The position numbers and the translations under genes were made by a program. Shown here in pieces: positions 8,706 through 18,921 of a stretch of DNA of 54,727 nt (positions are counted from its first letter, which is position 1; every line of letters begins with the position of its first letter). The DNA comes from Minisyncoccia bacterium. Lineage in GTDB: Bacteria > Patescibacteriota > Minisyncoccia > Phycocordibacterales > UBA918. The stretch lies in the NCBI GenBank assembly GCA_041750655.1, contig JBGSYZ010000010.1, forward strand, positions 1 to 54,727, read 5' to 3'. Below the pieces are notes generated by a model. The model was not told where the DNA came from. It saw only the letters and a program-made list of their open reading frames with translations, and did no database searches.

Positions 8706-9164
8706 ATGGAAAGACTTACATTTACAACAACTATCAATGCGCCGAAAGAAAAAGTTTGGCATGTCATGCTTGACGAAACTACGTACCAACAGTGGACAAA
8801 ACAATTTAACGAAGGTTCTCGTTATGAAGGCAATTGGGAAACTGGCTCAGAGATGCGTTTCATCGGGGTTGATGATAGTGGCAAGGAGTCTGGTGGTATG
8901 TACAGCAAGATCAAAGAGACTCGACCGTACGAATTTGTCTCTATCGAACATCTCGGTATGATCACGGAAACAGGTGAGGTTGATACCACAAGCGAATCTG
9001 TGCAAAAGTGGGCACCGGCCTTTGAGAACTATACTTTTATTGATACAGAAGGTGGTATGGAAGTATTTGTTGAGATTGACGTCGCTGACGAGTGGAAAGA
9101 AATGTTTAACGACATGTGGCCAAAAGCGCTGGCCAAACTCAAGGAGATTGCTGAAAATTCATAA
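8706..9164 (+). CDS. SRPBCC (Aha1-like) domain protein
   Basis: INAPKEKVW, WETGSEMRF, WPKALAKLKEIAE. Confidence 0.88.
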   Translation: MERLTFTTTINAPKEKVWHVMLDETTYQQWTKQFNEGSRYEGNWETGSEMRFIGVDDSGKESGGMYSKIKETRPYEFVSIEHLGMITETGEVDTTSESVQKWAPAFENYTFIDTEGGMEVFVEIDVADEWKEMFNDMWPKALAKLKEIAENS

Positions 9165-9264
9165 AATTATATTTCAAGTTAAATGGTTTGAGACTGAGAC
9201 GGCCCAAGTCCTTTTGAGACAGAACTCGCATATTTTGTAAACTATTTGGTAGCAATGTAGAATT

Positions 9265-9753
9265 ATGATTATGAATACAACACCTAAAAATACAATCTGT
9301 CTTTGGTTCGATAAAGACGCCGAAAATGCAGCAAAATTTTACGCTGCCACTTTTCCAGACAGTAACATCACGAATGTTTTTTATGCGCCTAGTGATTTTC
9401 CAGGCGGTAAAAAAGGCGATGCTCTTACTGTAGAATTCACTGTTTGCGGGATTCCTTGCGTTGGTCTTAATGGCGGTCCAGTATTTAAACAGAGCGAAGC
9501 TTTTTCTTTTCAGATTGCCACAGACGACCAAGAAGAAACCGATCGTTATTGGGACGCAATCGTTGGAAATGACGGTCAGGAGAGTGAGTGTGGGTGGTGC
9601 AAGGACCGCTGGGGAGTATCATGGCAAATTACACCACGGACTTTAATTGAAGCACTGGCAGCTGGAGGGGAAGAAGCAAAGCGAGCTTTTGATGCGATGA
9701 TGACAATGAAAAAGATTGATGTGGCTGCTATTGATGCCGCTCGTCGAGGTTAA
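9265..9753 (+). CDS. VOC family protein (PhnB / 3-demethylubiquinone methyltransferase-like)
   Basis: ICLWFDKDAE, LNGGP.F, ESECGWCKDRWGVSWQI, MMTMKKIDVA. Confidence 0.93.
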   Translation: MIMNTTPKNTICLWFDKDAENAAKFYAATFPDSNITNVFYAPSDFPGGKKGDALTVEFTVCGIPCVGLNGGPVFKQSEAFSFQIATDDQEETDRYWDAIVGNDGQESECGWCKDRWGVSWQITPRTLIEALAAGGEEAKRAFDAMMTMKKIDVAAIDAARRG

Positions 9754-9770
9754 GGTGTATGATAGTTAAT

Positions 9771-9929
9771 ATGGAAAAACATTACATTTGTCGTGGTGGC
9801 TGTCGAGGTGTCTCAGAACATCCGGGAGTGTGCCAGGCCCCTGATTGTGAAAACCACAATCATGAATTAGTAGAGTGTCATTGTACTGATGGTTTGCATA
9901 ATGATTTCAAACCAGAAGTTGTGATGTAA
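9771..9929 (+). CDS. Small Cys/His-rich protein (52 aa), putative metal-binding
   Basis: Manual translation MEKHYICRGGCRGVSEHPGVCQAPDCENHNHELVECHCTDGLHNDFKPEVVM; fills the gap between co-oriented genes. Confidence 0.75.
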   Translation: MEKHYICRGGCRGVSEHPGVCQAPDCENHNHELVECHCTDGLHNDFKPEVVM

Positions 9930-9943
9930 TAAGTATAAAAAGT

Positions 9944-10279
9944 ATGAAACATTTTACCGTTATATATATGGCCCCAGCTTTAGTGATGGAAGAGTGGATG
10001 AAAAAACCTGAAGAAGAACGTAAAGACGCAGAAGAAAAAATGAAGGAAGAGTGGGATGTGTGGATGGCAGCACACACTGACATCATTTTGAACACCATTG
10101 CACTGGGAAAGACCAAACGTATCAGTGCATCAAGTATAGAAGATGTAAAAAATGACATGATGCTCTCTTCGTATGTGCAAGGTGAGTCTGCAGAAGCAGT
10201 GGCAGAGGCTTTTAGAGACCATCCTCACTTTGGTATCCCGGGAGCAACTATTGAAATAATGGAAACTCGGCCGATGTAG
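9944..10279 (+). CDS. YCII-related / dimeric alpha-beta barrel protein
   Basis: LGKTKRI, SYVQGESAEAVA..F.DHPH....ATIEIME. Confidence 0.7.
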   Translation: MKHFTVIYMAPALVMEEWMKKPEEERKDAEEKMKEEWDVWMAAHTDIILNTIALGKTKRISASSIEDVKNDMMLSSYVQGESAEAVAEAFRDHPHFGIPGATIEIMETRPM

Positions 10280-10310
10280 AAGGTTGAAAATAAATGAAAA
10301 ACTGAACCAT

Positions 10311-10330
10311 GTACCAAACGGCTAACAGTC
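10311..10330 (+). repeat. Degenerate intergenic repeat, copy C
   Basis: gtaccaaacggctaacagtc vs gtcccagacggccaacagtc (7825-7844). Confidence 0.5.
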
Positions 10331-10352
10331 GAGCTCTTGCTCTAATGTATAG

Positions 10353-10637
10353 ATGAAAGCAAAGAATTATAAGGAAGTAAAAAAATTTCAGGATATTCCC
10401 AATGTTGGTCCTGCAATGACTAGGGATTTTAATTTACTCGGATTAAATAATCCTTCTGATTTAATAAATAAAAATCCTGTATCGTTGTATAAAAAAATGT
10501 GTAAAGTCTCAGGAGTCAGGCAGGATCCTTGTGTGCTTGATACGTACATTGCAGTAATTGATTTTATGAATGGAGCACCTGCTAAGCCTTGGTATTTGTA
10601 TACTAAAAAGAGAAAAAAAGATCATCCAAGTATTTAG
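10353..10637 (+). CDS. Helix-hairpin-helix protein (Cdd1 / mitomycin-resistance-like)
   Basis: DIPNVGPA, LYKKMC..SG.RQDPCVLDT, PWY.YT.KRK. Confidence 0.85.
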   Translation: MKAKNYKEVKKFQDIPNVGPAMTRDFNLLGLNNPSDLINKNPVSLYKKMCKVSGVRQDPCVLDTYIAVIDFMNGAPAKPWYLYTKKRKKDHPSI

Positions 10638-11065
10638 AAGTTACAAAAGTTTTAACTTATCTAAACTTAAAATGTAATAAAGGTTCTTAACCGGTGTACT
10701 AAATAGTAGCGAATGAGGTTACAGATGGCCCGTCGCTACTTCGAACCGGACTATAAAAAACAAGCGATATATACGCCCTAGTGCGTGTACGCTCTAAACC
10801 ATCATTTAAAAAAACTGGTTCACACAACATTACTATGTAATCATCTGTCATGGTGGTCCTGGCCTTATGAGCTAGCAGTCAGCCATAAAAAATCTTACAT
10901 AGTGAACATCTATACTTGCCCATTGAGGTATATTATTGGGCAGACATTGTTGTTGAAACAATGTGTAACGTATTAGATATGCAACAATTGAACATCAAAC
11001 ATACACCCACTACCGGGTATCACCGGTAGTGGGTGTTGTGTGTTTGATTTTGGTATAATTAACTT

Positions 11066-11314
11066 ATGACCACCACAATCTCTAGCGGCGTAGCCCATAA
11101 AGTACCAGCGGATTTGCGTCTGGCGTTAACATCGTCTTCGAAAGTGACTGAGGCGTGGAATGACCTGACTCCGCTGGCCCGTAATGAATGGATTTGTTGG
11201 ACTATTTCAGTGAAAAAAGCCGAAACGCGAGCAGATCATGTGAGGCGAGTGAAAGAAGATATGCTCAAAGGTAAGCGACGCCCATGTTGCTGGCCGGGCT
11301 GTCCGCATCGGTGA
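11066..11314 (+). CDS. YdeI/OmpD-associated family protein
   Basis: VPADL, WNDLTPLARNEWICW..S.KK.ETR, RPCCWPGCPHR. Confidence 0.88.
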   Translation: MTTTISSGVAHKVPADLRLALTSSSKVTEAWNDLTPLARNEWICWTISVKKAETRADHVRRVKEDMLKGKRRPCCWPGCPHR

Positions 11315-11338
11315 GTAAATTTTAAGTTAATAATTTAT

Positions 11339-11719
11339 ATGTCAGAAAAAATCAACCAGGCACTTTCTCCAGAACAACAAGAACTTGAAAGGAGACGGGA
11401 AAAAATTAAGCTTGCTCAGGAATTAATCGACAGTAACGAGACGTTTGCGTTTCCTGGTTTTGATCCTGGTTATGTCGATGAGATGAGAATTGAACGAGAC
11501 GATCCTGATTTAGCAGGATTTTTAACACCTATGCATGATTTGTTAACTAAACTTCAAAATGAAGGTTTTAAAGTTTCCTTGGGAGATAATCCGGAATCAG
11601 GCAATGTTTTTGTTTTGCCAAAAAGTAGCACTGACATAGTTATGGATGGCGTTTTAATAAGGTGTCTAGCAAGTGAAGGGGTTAATGATGAAAGATTATT
11701 GAAGTTAATTAGTATTTGA
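11339..11719 (+). CDS. Hypothetical protein
   Basis: 126-aa ORF, co-oriented, natural composition. Confidence 0.7.
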   Translation: MSEKINQALSPEQQELERRREKIKLAQELIDSNETFAFPGFDPGYVDEMRIERDDPDLAGFLTPMHDLLTKLQNEGFKVSLGDNPESGNVFVLPKSSTDIVMDGVLIRCLASEGVNDERLLKLISI

Positions 11720-11740
11720 TAAATATGTATAATTAAAAAA

Positions 11741-11768
11741 GCCAGTGCGCGTGCGCACCAGGCTGGTT
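11741..11768. repeat. GC-rich palindrome, copy 1 (upstream of GH3)
   Basis: gtgcgcgtgcgcaccaggctggtt matches 13756-13779 at 23/24. Confidence 0.75.
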
Positions 11769-11807
11769 ATTTTATTTTTATGTAAAAGAGCGTTGTATAC
11801 TGTATAG

Positions 11808-13724
11808 GTGAAAATTTCTAAGAAACGACAAGTATTGAGTTTTTTTCTGTTTGGTATACCCGCCTTAACGGTGTTATTACTTGGATTTGCTACTACCGAT
11901 TATTTTGACCCACAACCAATTATGGTCACACCTCCTACCGATGCTCTCTATGTAGATACCAATCAGCCAATTCAGGCTCGGGTCGCCGATCTTTTGTCAT
12001 ACATGACACTCGAAGAGAAGATTGGACAGATGACGTTGGTGGAAAAGAATAGTATTAAAAAACCTAGTGATATTACAGAGTATGCCCTAGGGGCACTTTT
12101 GAGTGGTTCTGGCGCCAAGCCGGAAGAAAACACGGCCGCGGGGTGGAAACAGATGATTGACGAGTATCAGGCGCAAGCTCGTAAGACTCGACTGCAGATT
12201 CCATTATTGTACGGTTCAGACGCTATTCACGGACACGCGCATGTGCTGGGTGCCACCGTCTTTCCACACTCGATTGGGCTTGGAGCAACCGGGAATGCTG
12301 AGCTGGTAACAAAAGTAGCCAACGCCACTGCTGAGGAACTAACTGTTACTGGTGTAAATTGGAATTTTGCCCCTAACCTAGATACACCACAAGATATTCG
12401 GTGGGGCCGAGTGTATGAATCATTTTCAGATGATCCGGCTTTGGTAGCAAAACTAGGTGCAGCGTACATTGAGGGTTTGCAAACTCAAGAAAATACAAAA
12501 AATAAGTTTGTATCGGTTTTAGCGACAGCCAAACATTTTGTTGGACTTGGAGGGATGAGGTGGGACTCATCTTTGAATAAGAATTTTAAAATTGACCAAG
12601 GGGTGAGTTTGGCCGATGAGGAAGTATTGAGGAATGTGTACTTACCGCCTTTTATAGAGGCGATAGATGCAGGTGTTTTAAGTATTATGGTTGGACTCAA
12701 TACTTGGGGAGACGATAGAATGGTCCGACAAAAAGAGTTGTTGACTGATGTACTCAAAGGCGAACTTGGGTTTACAGGGTTTGTGGTATCCGATTGGTAT
12801 GGAGTGCACGAAGGAACTCATAATACTTTCTTAGCCACCGTAGCTGCCATACATGCTGGTGTTGATATGGTGATGCTGCCGTTTGATTATCAGCAGTTTA
12901 GTCGACATATGAAATGGGCCAACCGACTAGGTCTAATATCCGATGAACGGATAGACGATGCAGTCAGTAGGATTTTATATGCAAAGTTTGCACTTGGTTT
13001 ATTTGATAGACCGGAAGGTTACACAGAAACCACTATTATTTCAGATGCTTCGCACCGAGCTCTAGCGCGTGAGGCGGTGGCGCAATCCTTAGTATTACTT
13101 AAGAATCAAGACAACACGCTCCCTATTAAGGCTACGACCAAAAAGATTCGAGTGGCGGGGAGTGCGGCTGATAATATTGGTCAACAAACTGGAGCATGGA
13201 CAGTGGAATGGCAAGGTATCGATGGAAATTGGTTGCCAGGAGCGACTTCAATACTCCAAGGAATTGAAGAACAGGCGCAGAAGCAAGGAATACAAATAGA
13301 GTATGACAATCTGGGGGTCTTTTCGGATACAGCTAATCTCGCTGATATCGGTATTGCTGTCGTAGGTGAAAAACCGTACGCTGAAGGTTGGGGAGATACG
13401 GAGTATCCTGTCTTATCCGATGAAGATTTAACTGCTATTGAGAATCTGCAAGCTAGTAGCAAGAAAGTGGTAGTAGTTATTGTATCGGGTCGGCCACTTT
13501 TGGTTGAAAGAGAAATAAATTCCATTGAAGCTTTAGTTGCAGCTTGGTTACCGGGCAGTGAGGGAGCGGGGGTGGCTGATGTGTTGTTTGGTGAACAGCC
13601 GTTTGTCGGTACATTACCACTACCTTGGCCAGCTCGCTCAGAACAGTTACCGATTGCACTAGATGGTCACACTACAGATGGTACCCCGGTACTTTTTCCC
13701 CGGTATTTTGGTTTAAAAAAGTAG
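11808..13724 (+). CDS. Glycoside hydrolase family 3 (beta-glucosidase), membrane-anchored
   Basis: MTLEEKIGQ, DAIHG, RWGRVYESF, KHF, GFVVSDW (nucleophile Asp), AGVDMVM, AAWLPGSEG. Confidence 0.95.
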   Translation: MKISKKRQVLSFFLFGIPALTVLLLGFATTDYFDPQPIMVTPPTDALYVDTNQPIQARVADLLSYMTLEEKIGQMTLVEKNSIKKPSDITEYALGALLSGSGAKPEENTAAGWKQMIDEYQAQARKTRLQIPLLYGSDAIHGHAHVLGATVFPHSIGLGATGNAELVTKVANATAEELTVTGVNWNFAPNLDTPQDIRWGRVYESFSDDPALVAKLGAAYIEGLQTQENTKNKFVSVLATAKHFVGLGGMRWDSSLNKNFKIDQGVSLADEEVLRNVYLPPFIEAIDAGVLSIMVGLNTWGDDRMVRQKELLTDVLKGELGFTGFVVSDWYGVHEGTHNTFLATVAAIHAGVDMVMLPFDYQQFSRHMKWANRLGLISDERIDDAVSRILYAKFALGLFDRPEGYTETTIISDASHRALAREAVAQSLVLLKNQDNTLPIKATTKKIRVAGSAADNIGQQTGAWTVEWQGIDGNWLPGATSILQGIEEQAQKQGIQIEYDNLGVFSDTANLADIGIAVVGEKPYAEGWGDTEYPVLSDEDLTAIENLQASSKKVVVVIVSGRPLLVEREINSIEALVAAWLPGSEGAGVADVLFGEQPFVGTLPLPWPARSEQLPIALDGHTTDGTPVLFPRYFGLKK

Positions 13725-13740
13725 GTGTTGTTTTAATTCA

Positions 13741-13784
13741 TACAGAACCAGCCCGGTGCGCGTGCGCACCGGGCTGGTTCTGTA
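13741..13784. repeat. GC-rich palindrome, copy 2 (21-bp perfect stem; likely bidirectional terminator)
   Basis: tacagaaccagcccggtgcgc-gt-gcgcaccgggctggttctgta between convergent genes. Confidence 0.8.
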
Positions 13785-13794
13785 CCTATTCACT

Positions 13795-14169
13795 CTAGGC
13801 TCGACTCTTTTTAAAACAGTCAATACATTTCAAATTGCTGGTATTGCGGGGTGTAAAGGGAAGTGAAGTAATGGTTCCGCCACAGTCAGCACATTTCCAG
13901 TCACCTTCGACTCTAGCTCGTTCGCCAGGGGTAGTTGGTGTTGCACCACCAAAATCATCGGCTGGGGCAGGTTCGCCAGCTAAACCGGCTTCCTCGGGTA
14001 TTTCTGGAGCTTCAGAAGCGGTAGGCATTTCGGGGGCGTGCTCTTTTTCACGTTCTTTTCCTTTAGCGTAACAAGCACGGCAAGTAAGCCCGGCCTCACT
14101 TCGTGGTTCAAACGGTAGCTCGGTTATCGCTCCACCACAGCTGCTACATTTCCAATTTCCTTGGTGCAT
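13795..14169 (-). CDS. Tandem CxxC-x17-CxxC zinc-ribbon protein
   Basis: Two copies of W-K-C-x2-C-G-x2-I-T-x-L-P-F-x-P...C-x2-C separated by a Pro/Glu/Ala linker; start MHQGNW at 14169. Confidence 0.85.
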   Translation of the reverse strand: MHQGNWKCSSCGGAITELPFEPRSEAGLTCRACYAKGKEREKEHAPEMPTASEAPEIPEEAGLAGEPAPADDFGGATPTTPGERARVEGDWKCADCGGTITSLPFTPRNTSNLKCIDCFKKSRA

Positions 14170-14340
14170 ATTGATATAGATATTGTGTAATGAAGTACAG
14201 TATACCTTATTGAGACCAATAAATTTTGAGTTGACCAAATAACTAAATAAAGGCATACTACTGCCATATTTAAGCGCCTTGCGCGCCTTTTTATTTTCCA
14301 AATTTTTCTACCAATTCACTATAAAGTAATTATTAAAAGT

Positions 14341-16122
14341 ATGAGCCAAGAAATCCGCAACATTGCGATAATTGCCCACGTAGACCACGGCAAAACCACT
14401 CTGACTGATGGTCTGATGGAGTTTACTGGCTCTCGCGAAGAGGGACAGTCAATGGACAATAACGCGCTTGAGCAAGAGCGTGGTATTACTATTTACGCCA
14501 AAAATACTTCGGTGGAATACAAAGACACTAAAATCAACATTGTCGATACGCCCGGTCACGCCGACTTTGGTTCTGAGGTTGAACGTGTACTTCGCTCTAT
14601 CGACTGTGTACTTTTGGTAGTAGATGCTCAAGAAGGACCAATGCCACAAACTCGGTTTGTACTTAAGAAGTCACTGGAGTTAGGTCTAAAACCAATTGTC
14701 GTTATTAATAAGATTGATAAACCAGCGGCTGACACCGCACGGTGTGAAGATCAAGTATTAGAGCTTTTTTTGGAGCTTGGTGCTACTGACGAACAATCAG
14801 AATTTCCAGTTGTCTATGCCATTGGTCGTGACAAATTGGCTAAGCGAAAGATGGATGAAGAGATGAAAGATTTATCGCCAGTTCTCGACACGATTCTTGA
14901 ACACGTGCCACCGGCTCGCGCGTATGAAGACGGGGAAGCATTACGCGCTCAAGTTTTTAACCTCGGTTACGATAACTTCCTTGGTCGCTTGGCTATCGCC
15001 CGTATTTACGAAGGAAAACTCAATAAAGGTCAACAAATCATCATCAAACACAAAGGTGAACAAACTAAGAAAGGCAAGATTGTAAAAGTATCTGGCTACA
15101 AAGGTGTGCAGCAGGTGGAATTAGAGACAGCGTATGCAGGCGACATTGTATTAATTGCTGGACTCGAAGATATAAATATCGGCGATACTTTGACTGATAC
15201 TGAAAATGCCGAAGCACTACCAGCTATCAACGTAGACGAACCAACCGTGTCAATGCAGTTTTCGGTTAACTCCTCACCATTTGCGGGACGAGAAGGAAAA
15301 TATGTAACCAGTCGACAGATTGGTGATCGACTTAAAAAAGAGTTAGAAATTAACGTTGGTTTGCAAGTAGATTTTTCACAAGGTGATGTGTTTGAAGTGC
15401 GTGGTCGTGGAGAAATGCACATTGCAATATTGCTCGAAAACATGCGCCGCGAAGGATACGAACTATCTGTCTCACAACCAAAAGTTATTATTAAAGATAT
15501 TGAGGGAGTAAAAAGCGAACCGTTTGAGGAGGTGACAGTGGATGTGCCAAGCGAGTACCAAGGGGCAGTGATTGAGCGACTGTCTAATCGTGGCTTTATT
15601 ATGCAAAACATGATTCCCCACCAAAACCAAGTTCGAATGCTCTTTGAAGGTCCGACTCGAGGGCTTTTAGGGTACAAAAACCAATTTATTATTGATACCA
15701 AAGGAGAAGGAATTTTAGCCTCACGCTTTTTAGAATTCCGTGCCTATGCTGGTGAAATCAAGAAACGTAAAGTGGGCTCTATGACCAGTATGGAAACTGG
15801 CAAAGCACTTGGTTTTGCGTTATTTAATCTCCAAGACCGAGGCGAGTTGTATATTGGTGCCGGTACCGAAGTGTATGAAGGTATGGTAATCGGTAATACC
15901 AGTAAAGGTGAAGAGATGACGGTAAACCCCACGAAAGGTAAGCAGTTAACCAACATGCGGGCTAGTGGTAGTGATGATGCGATTACCTTGGTGCCACACC
16001 GAGAAATGACGATTGAAATCGGTCTTGAGATTATGCTTGGAGATGAATACTTAGAAGTGTGTCCACAGTCAGTGCGACTGCGAAAGCAAAAGTTGAAAGA
16101 GAGTGAGAGAAAACGAGGGTAG
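14341..16122 (+). CDS. typA: Translational GTPase TypA/BipA
   Basis: [52 protein letters not shown]. Confidence 0.97.
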   Translation: MSQEIRNIAIIAHVDHGKTTLTDGLMEFTGSREEGQSMDNNALEQERGITIYAKNTSVEYKDTKINIVDTPGHADFGSEVERVLRSIDCVLLVVDAQEGPMPQTRFVLKKSLELGLKPIVVINKIDKPAADTARCEDQVLELFLELGATDEQSEFPVVYAIGRDKLAKRKMDEEMKDLSPVLDTILEHVPPARAYEDGEALRAQVFNLGYDNFLGRLAIARIYEGKLNKGQQIIIKHKGEQTKKGKIVKVSGYKGVQQVELETAYAGDIVLIAGLEDINIGDTLTDTENAEALPAINVDEPTVSMQFSVNSSPFAGREGKYVTSRQIGDRLKKELEINVGLQVDFSQGDVFEVRGRGEMHIAILLENMRREGYELSVSQPKVIIKDIEGVKSEPFEEVTVDVPSEYQGAVIERLSNRGFIMQNMIPHQNQVRMLFEGPTRGLLGYKNQFIIDTKGEGILASRFLEFRAYAGEIKKRKVGSMTSMETGKALGFALFNLQDRGELYIGAGTEVYEGMVIGNTSKGEEMTVNPTKGKQLTNMRASGSDDAITLVPHREMTIEIGLEIMLGDEYLEVCPQSVRLRKQKLKESERKRG

Positions 16123-16124
16123 AC

Positions 16125-16159
16125 AGAAAAAGGTCGTGATAAAGTCGCGACCTTTTTCT
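16125..16159 (+). terminator. Rho-independent terminator
   Basis: agaaaaaggtcgtga/tcgcgacctttttct stem followed by T-rich sequence. Confidence 0.7.
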
Positions 16160-16236
16160 TTATATTAAATTCGTATGTTTAATTGTATAAAAAAGATTTA
16201 TGGTATTGATTAAAAATTAACGGTATGATGTGAATC

Positions 16237-17472
16237 ATGAAAATTTTTAACACGCTATTCATATTGTTATTTTTGTTTATCCAGGTTCCAGTAGCTTACG
16301 CTGCCAGTGTAGAAGACGATTTAAAGCTACAATTGGTAGCCATCGCTGGCTACTTAGAGCGGCAGTTACCCATTACTAATACATCGCTGAGTACTGAAGA
16401 ACTGCGAGAAATTATTTTAGATAGCGCTGCTTGGATTGTCGCCGCTCAAGAAGATAGTGGCCATTTTGGCTATGAGTATCTTCCGTATACAGATGAGTAT
16501 GTAAACGACGATAATATGATTCGCCAAGGCGGCACATTATACGCTCTTTCGGAAGTGTACAAGAAACAAATAAAAAAAGACCCAGACGTAGCCGTGACTA
16601 TTGAACAAGCTATTTCATATTTCGAAAGTATTAGTGATGCTAATAAAAAAGATAGAGAAAATTTCTTATGTATAAAGGCTAGTCACGCTAGCACGAACTG
16701 TGATTTAGGTAGCACAGCCTTGGCTCTTTTGGGGATTTTAAACTACGTTGCGGTTGAAACAGACACAGAGACAACGTATGAACCTTTGATTGGAAAATAC
16801 GCTAACTATCTTATGGCGGCCAAGTTTCCAGACAGAGGTTTTAGTAACCGGTATAACACCAATAGTGGTTTTAGTGATGAAGAATCACCGTTTTACAACG
16901 GGGAAGCAATGTTGGCGTTGGTACGATACTACCAGTACCAAGAAAACGAAGAGGTCAAACAAATTCTACAAGATTCTTTTTCGTACCTTAGTGCTAAAGA
17001 AGAATACGAAACGCCACTGTATCTTTGGATTATGGCCGCTCTTAAGGATATGCAAAAACTGTGGCCTAACGATGAGTATGTACGTTACGCTTCAAACTTT
17101 ACTACGTTCCGTTTAGAGCAGATGCAGTACAAGCATAGTACTACACATAACTACTGTGCTCCGGTGGAAGGTCTAGTCAGTGCGTATAGTATTTTGGAAA
17201 AGAATGAAACTGATGATTACTTGGTACGACTTAATGACGAGATTGATTTTTGGCTAAAAAAAACCACTCGTCTTCAAATCGGCGAAAAAGATATCTATCG
17301 ATTGGTTCGTGAAGGTACCGGATTAACAATAAAGAAATTGCCAAACCCACGCTTAGCTCTTGGTGGTTTTTTAACCGGTGAGGACGAACTGACGCAAAGA
17401 ATAGATTTCACTCAACATTGCATCAACACCTATCTACAAACATTAATTGATATTGATAAGAAAAGTCTCTAA
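16237..17472 (+). CDS. Secreted hypothetical protein, probable alpha/alpha-barrel fold
   Basis: Signal peptide; G.F.Y.Y, LG.TALAL, FYNGEAMLAL and RIDFTQH motifs. Confidence 0.75.
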   Translation: MKIFNTLFILLFLFIQVPVAYAASVEDDLKLQLVAIAGYLERQLPITNTSLSTEELREIILDSAAWIVAAQEDSGHFGYEYLPYTDEYVNDDNMIRQGGTLYALSEVYKKQIKKDPDVAVTIEQAISYFESISDANKKDRENFLCIKASHASTNCDLGSTALALLGILNYVAVETDTETTYEPLIGKYANYLMAAKFPDRGFSNRYNTNSGFSDEESPFYNGEAMLALVRYYQYQENEEVKQILQDSFSYLSAKEEYETPLYLWIMAALKDMQKLWPNDEYVRYASNFTTFRLEQMQYKHSTTHNYCAPVEGLVSAYSILEKNETDDYLVRLNDEIDFWLKKTTRLQIGEKDIYRLVREGTGLTIKKLPNPRLALGGFLTGEDELTQRIDFTQHCINTYLQTLIDIDKKSL

Positions 17473-17522
17473 TTATAAACGTGTTGCGTAGCGGCTAGCA
17501 CCTGTTACACTACATCACTTAA

Positions 17523-18479
17523 ATGGAATACCTTATTTCAATCATACTGGTCCTACTTTCAGGGTTATTTTCTGGTCTTACGCTAGGACTACTTTCTCTA
17601 GATGTACAGTCGCTCCGTCGCCGCGCTTCGCGCGGCGACTTGGAAGCGATGAAAGTGCTACCAATCCGCAAGCAAGGCAATTTACTACTGACCACACTGC
17701 TGCTTGGTAATGTAACTGTTAATACCACTCTCTCTATTTATCTCGGTAGTATTGCCTCTGGCATCGTCGCCGGAATAACTGCCACTGCTCTTATCGTGCT
17801 TTTTGGGGAAATTATTCCTCAGGCCGTTATATCTCGGTATGCATTGTGGTTTGGTTCCCGGACAATTTGGTTTACTAAGCTGGTTATTTTTGCTTTTTAC
17901 CCAATATCTTGGCCGATTGCTAAGATGCTTGACTACGCATTAGGTAATGAAATGCCGACGGTGTATTCCCATCATGACATTATGGATATAGTGTCTGAAC
18001 TTGAAGATTCAGAGTACAGCCATATTGATGAAGACGAGGAGAGAATTGTCCATGGTGCGTTGCAGTTTTCTCACTTACGAGTACGAGAAATAATGACTCC
18101 GGCTGCAGAAGTGGTGTCTTTTGATGAAAATCAAAAACTAACCGAAGAATTTTTTGAAGAAGTGGTTGGTCATGGGTACTCGAGATTGCCGGTTTTTAGT
18201 GGTAAGAAGGAAAATATCGTCGGTGTGTTATTTGTAAAAGATTTAATTGTTGAAGATGATAATATTTCAATAAAAGATACTGAAGAAGCTTTCGAAAAAG
18301 GGTGTATGTCAGTACGAGGAGAAGATAAACTTGATAGTGTACTCGCTAGGATGTTAAAACAACAAAAACATCTAGCTATAGTAAAAAATCGAAGCGGTCA
18401 GTTTCTCGGGGTTGTTACACTTGAGGATATTATTGAAGAAATTATCCAACAGGAAATTGAAGACGAAGATGATGATTAA
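17523..18479 (+). CDS. CNNM/CorC (DUF21 + CBS) membrane protein
   Basis: LSGLFSGLTLGL, LLTTLLLGN, FGEIIPQA, GYSRLPV, GVVTLEDIIEEI. Confidence 0.93.
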   Translation: MEYLISIILVLLSGLFSGLTLGLLSLDVQSLRRRASRGDLEAMKVLPIRKQGNLLLTTLLLGNVTVNTTLSIYLGSIASGIVAGITATALIVLFGEIIPQAVISRYALWFGSRTIWFTKLVIFAFYPISWPIAKMLDYALGNEMPTVYSHHDIMDIVSELEDSEYSHIDEDEERIVHGALQFSHLRVREIMTPAAEVVSFDENQKLTEEFFEEVVGHGYSRLPVFSGKKENIVGVLFVKDLIVEDDNISIKDTEEAFEKGCMSVRGEDKLDSVLARMLKQQKHLAIVKNRSGQFLGVVTLEDIIEEIIQQEIEDEDDD

Positions 18480-18850
18480 GTGCTAGCTGCCAACCGAACT
18501 CGATTAACTAAATCCTTTATCTCAGTGTGCGCTTTGATTATGTAATCTTCGCTACCTTCCTCAACAGCATTAACCACACTTTCGGCATCAGTCCGATTAG
18601 TGAGGAAAATAATTTTGGCATTTTTGCCCCAATCATCTTGTCGAATTTTTTTAACCGCTTCATGACCACTAATGTCAGGCATCATTATGTCCATTAAGAT
18701 TACTTTAGGTTTATTTTCTAAAGCCAGTCTCACTCCATCGGTACCGGTAGCGGCTTTTAACGCCTCCATACCACCTGAGGTAAGAGCGTCATAATAGAGT
18801 TCTCTAATACTCTCATCGTCTTCGACGATGAGCACGTCGACCTTTTTCAT
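18476..18850 (-). CDS. Single-domain response regulator
   Basis: VLIVEDD, LMDIMMPDISG, IFLTN, DYIIK. Confidence 0.92.
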   Translation of the reverse strand: MKKVDVLIVEDDESIRELYYDALTSGGMEALKAATGTDGVRLALENKPKVILMDIMMPDISGHEAVKKIRQDDWGKNAKIIFLTNRTDAESVVNAVEEGSEDYIIKAHTEIKDLVNRVRLAAST

Positions 18851-18921
18851 TATGTTTAGAATAGCACAATTTCGCCACTCAAAACTTGCCGAATTTCTGA
18901 TTCAGCGTAAGCTAGTTACGT

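Noticed and set aside
6896-11720. Classical integron cassette array
   Set aside because: No intI tyrosine recombinase and no clear RYYYAAC...GTTRRRY attC palindromes.
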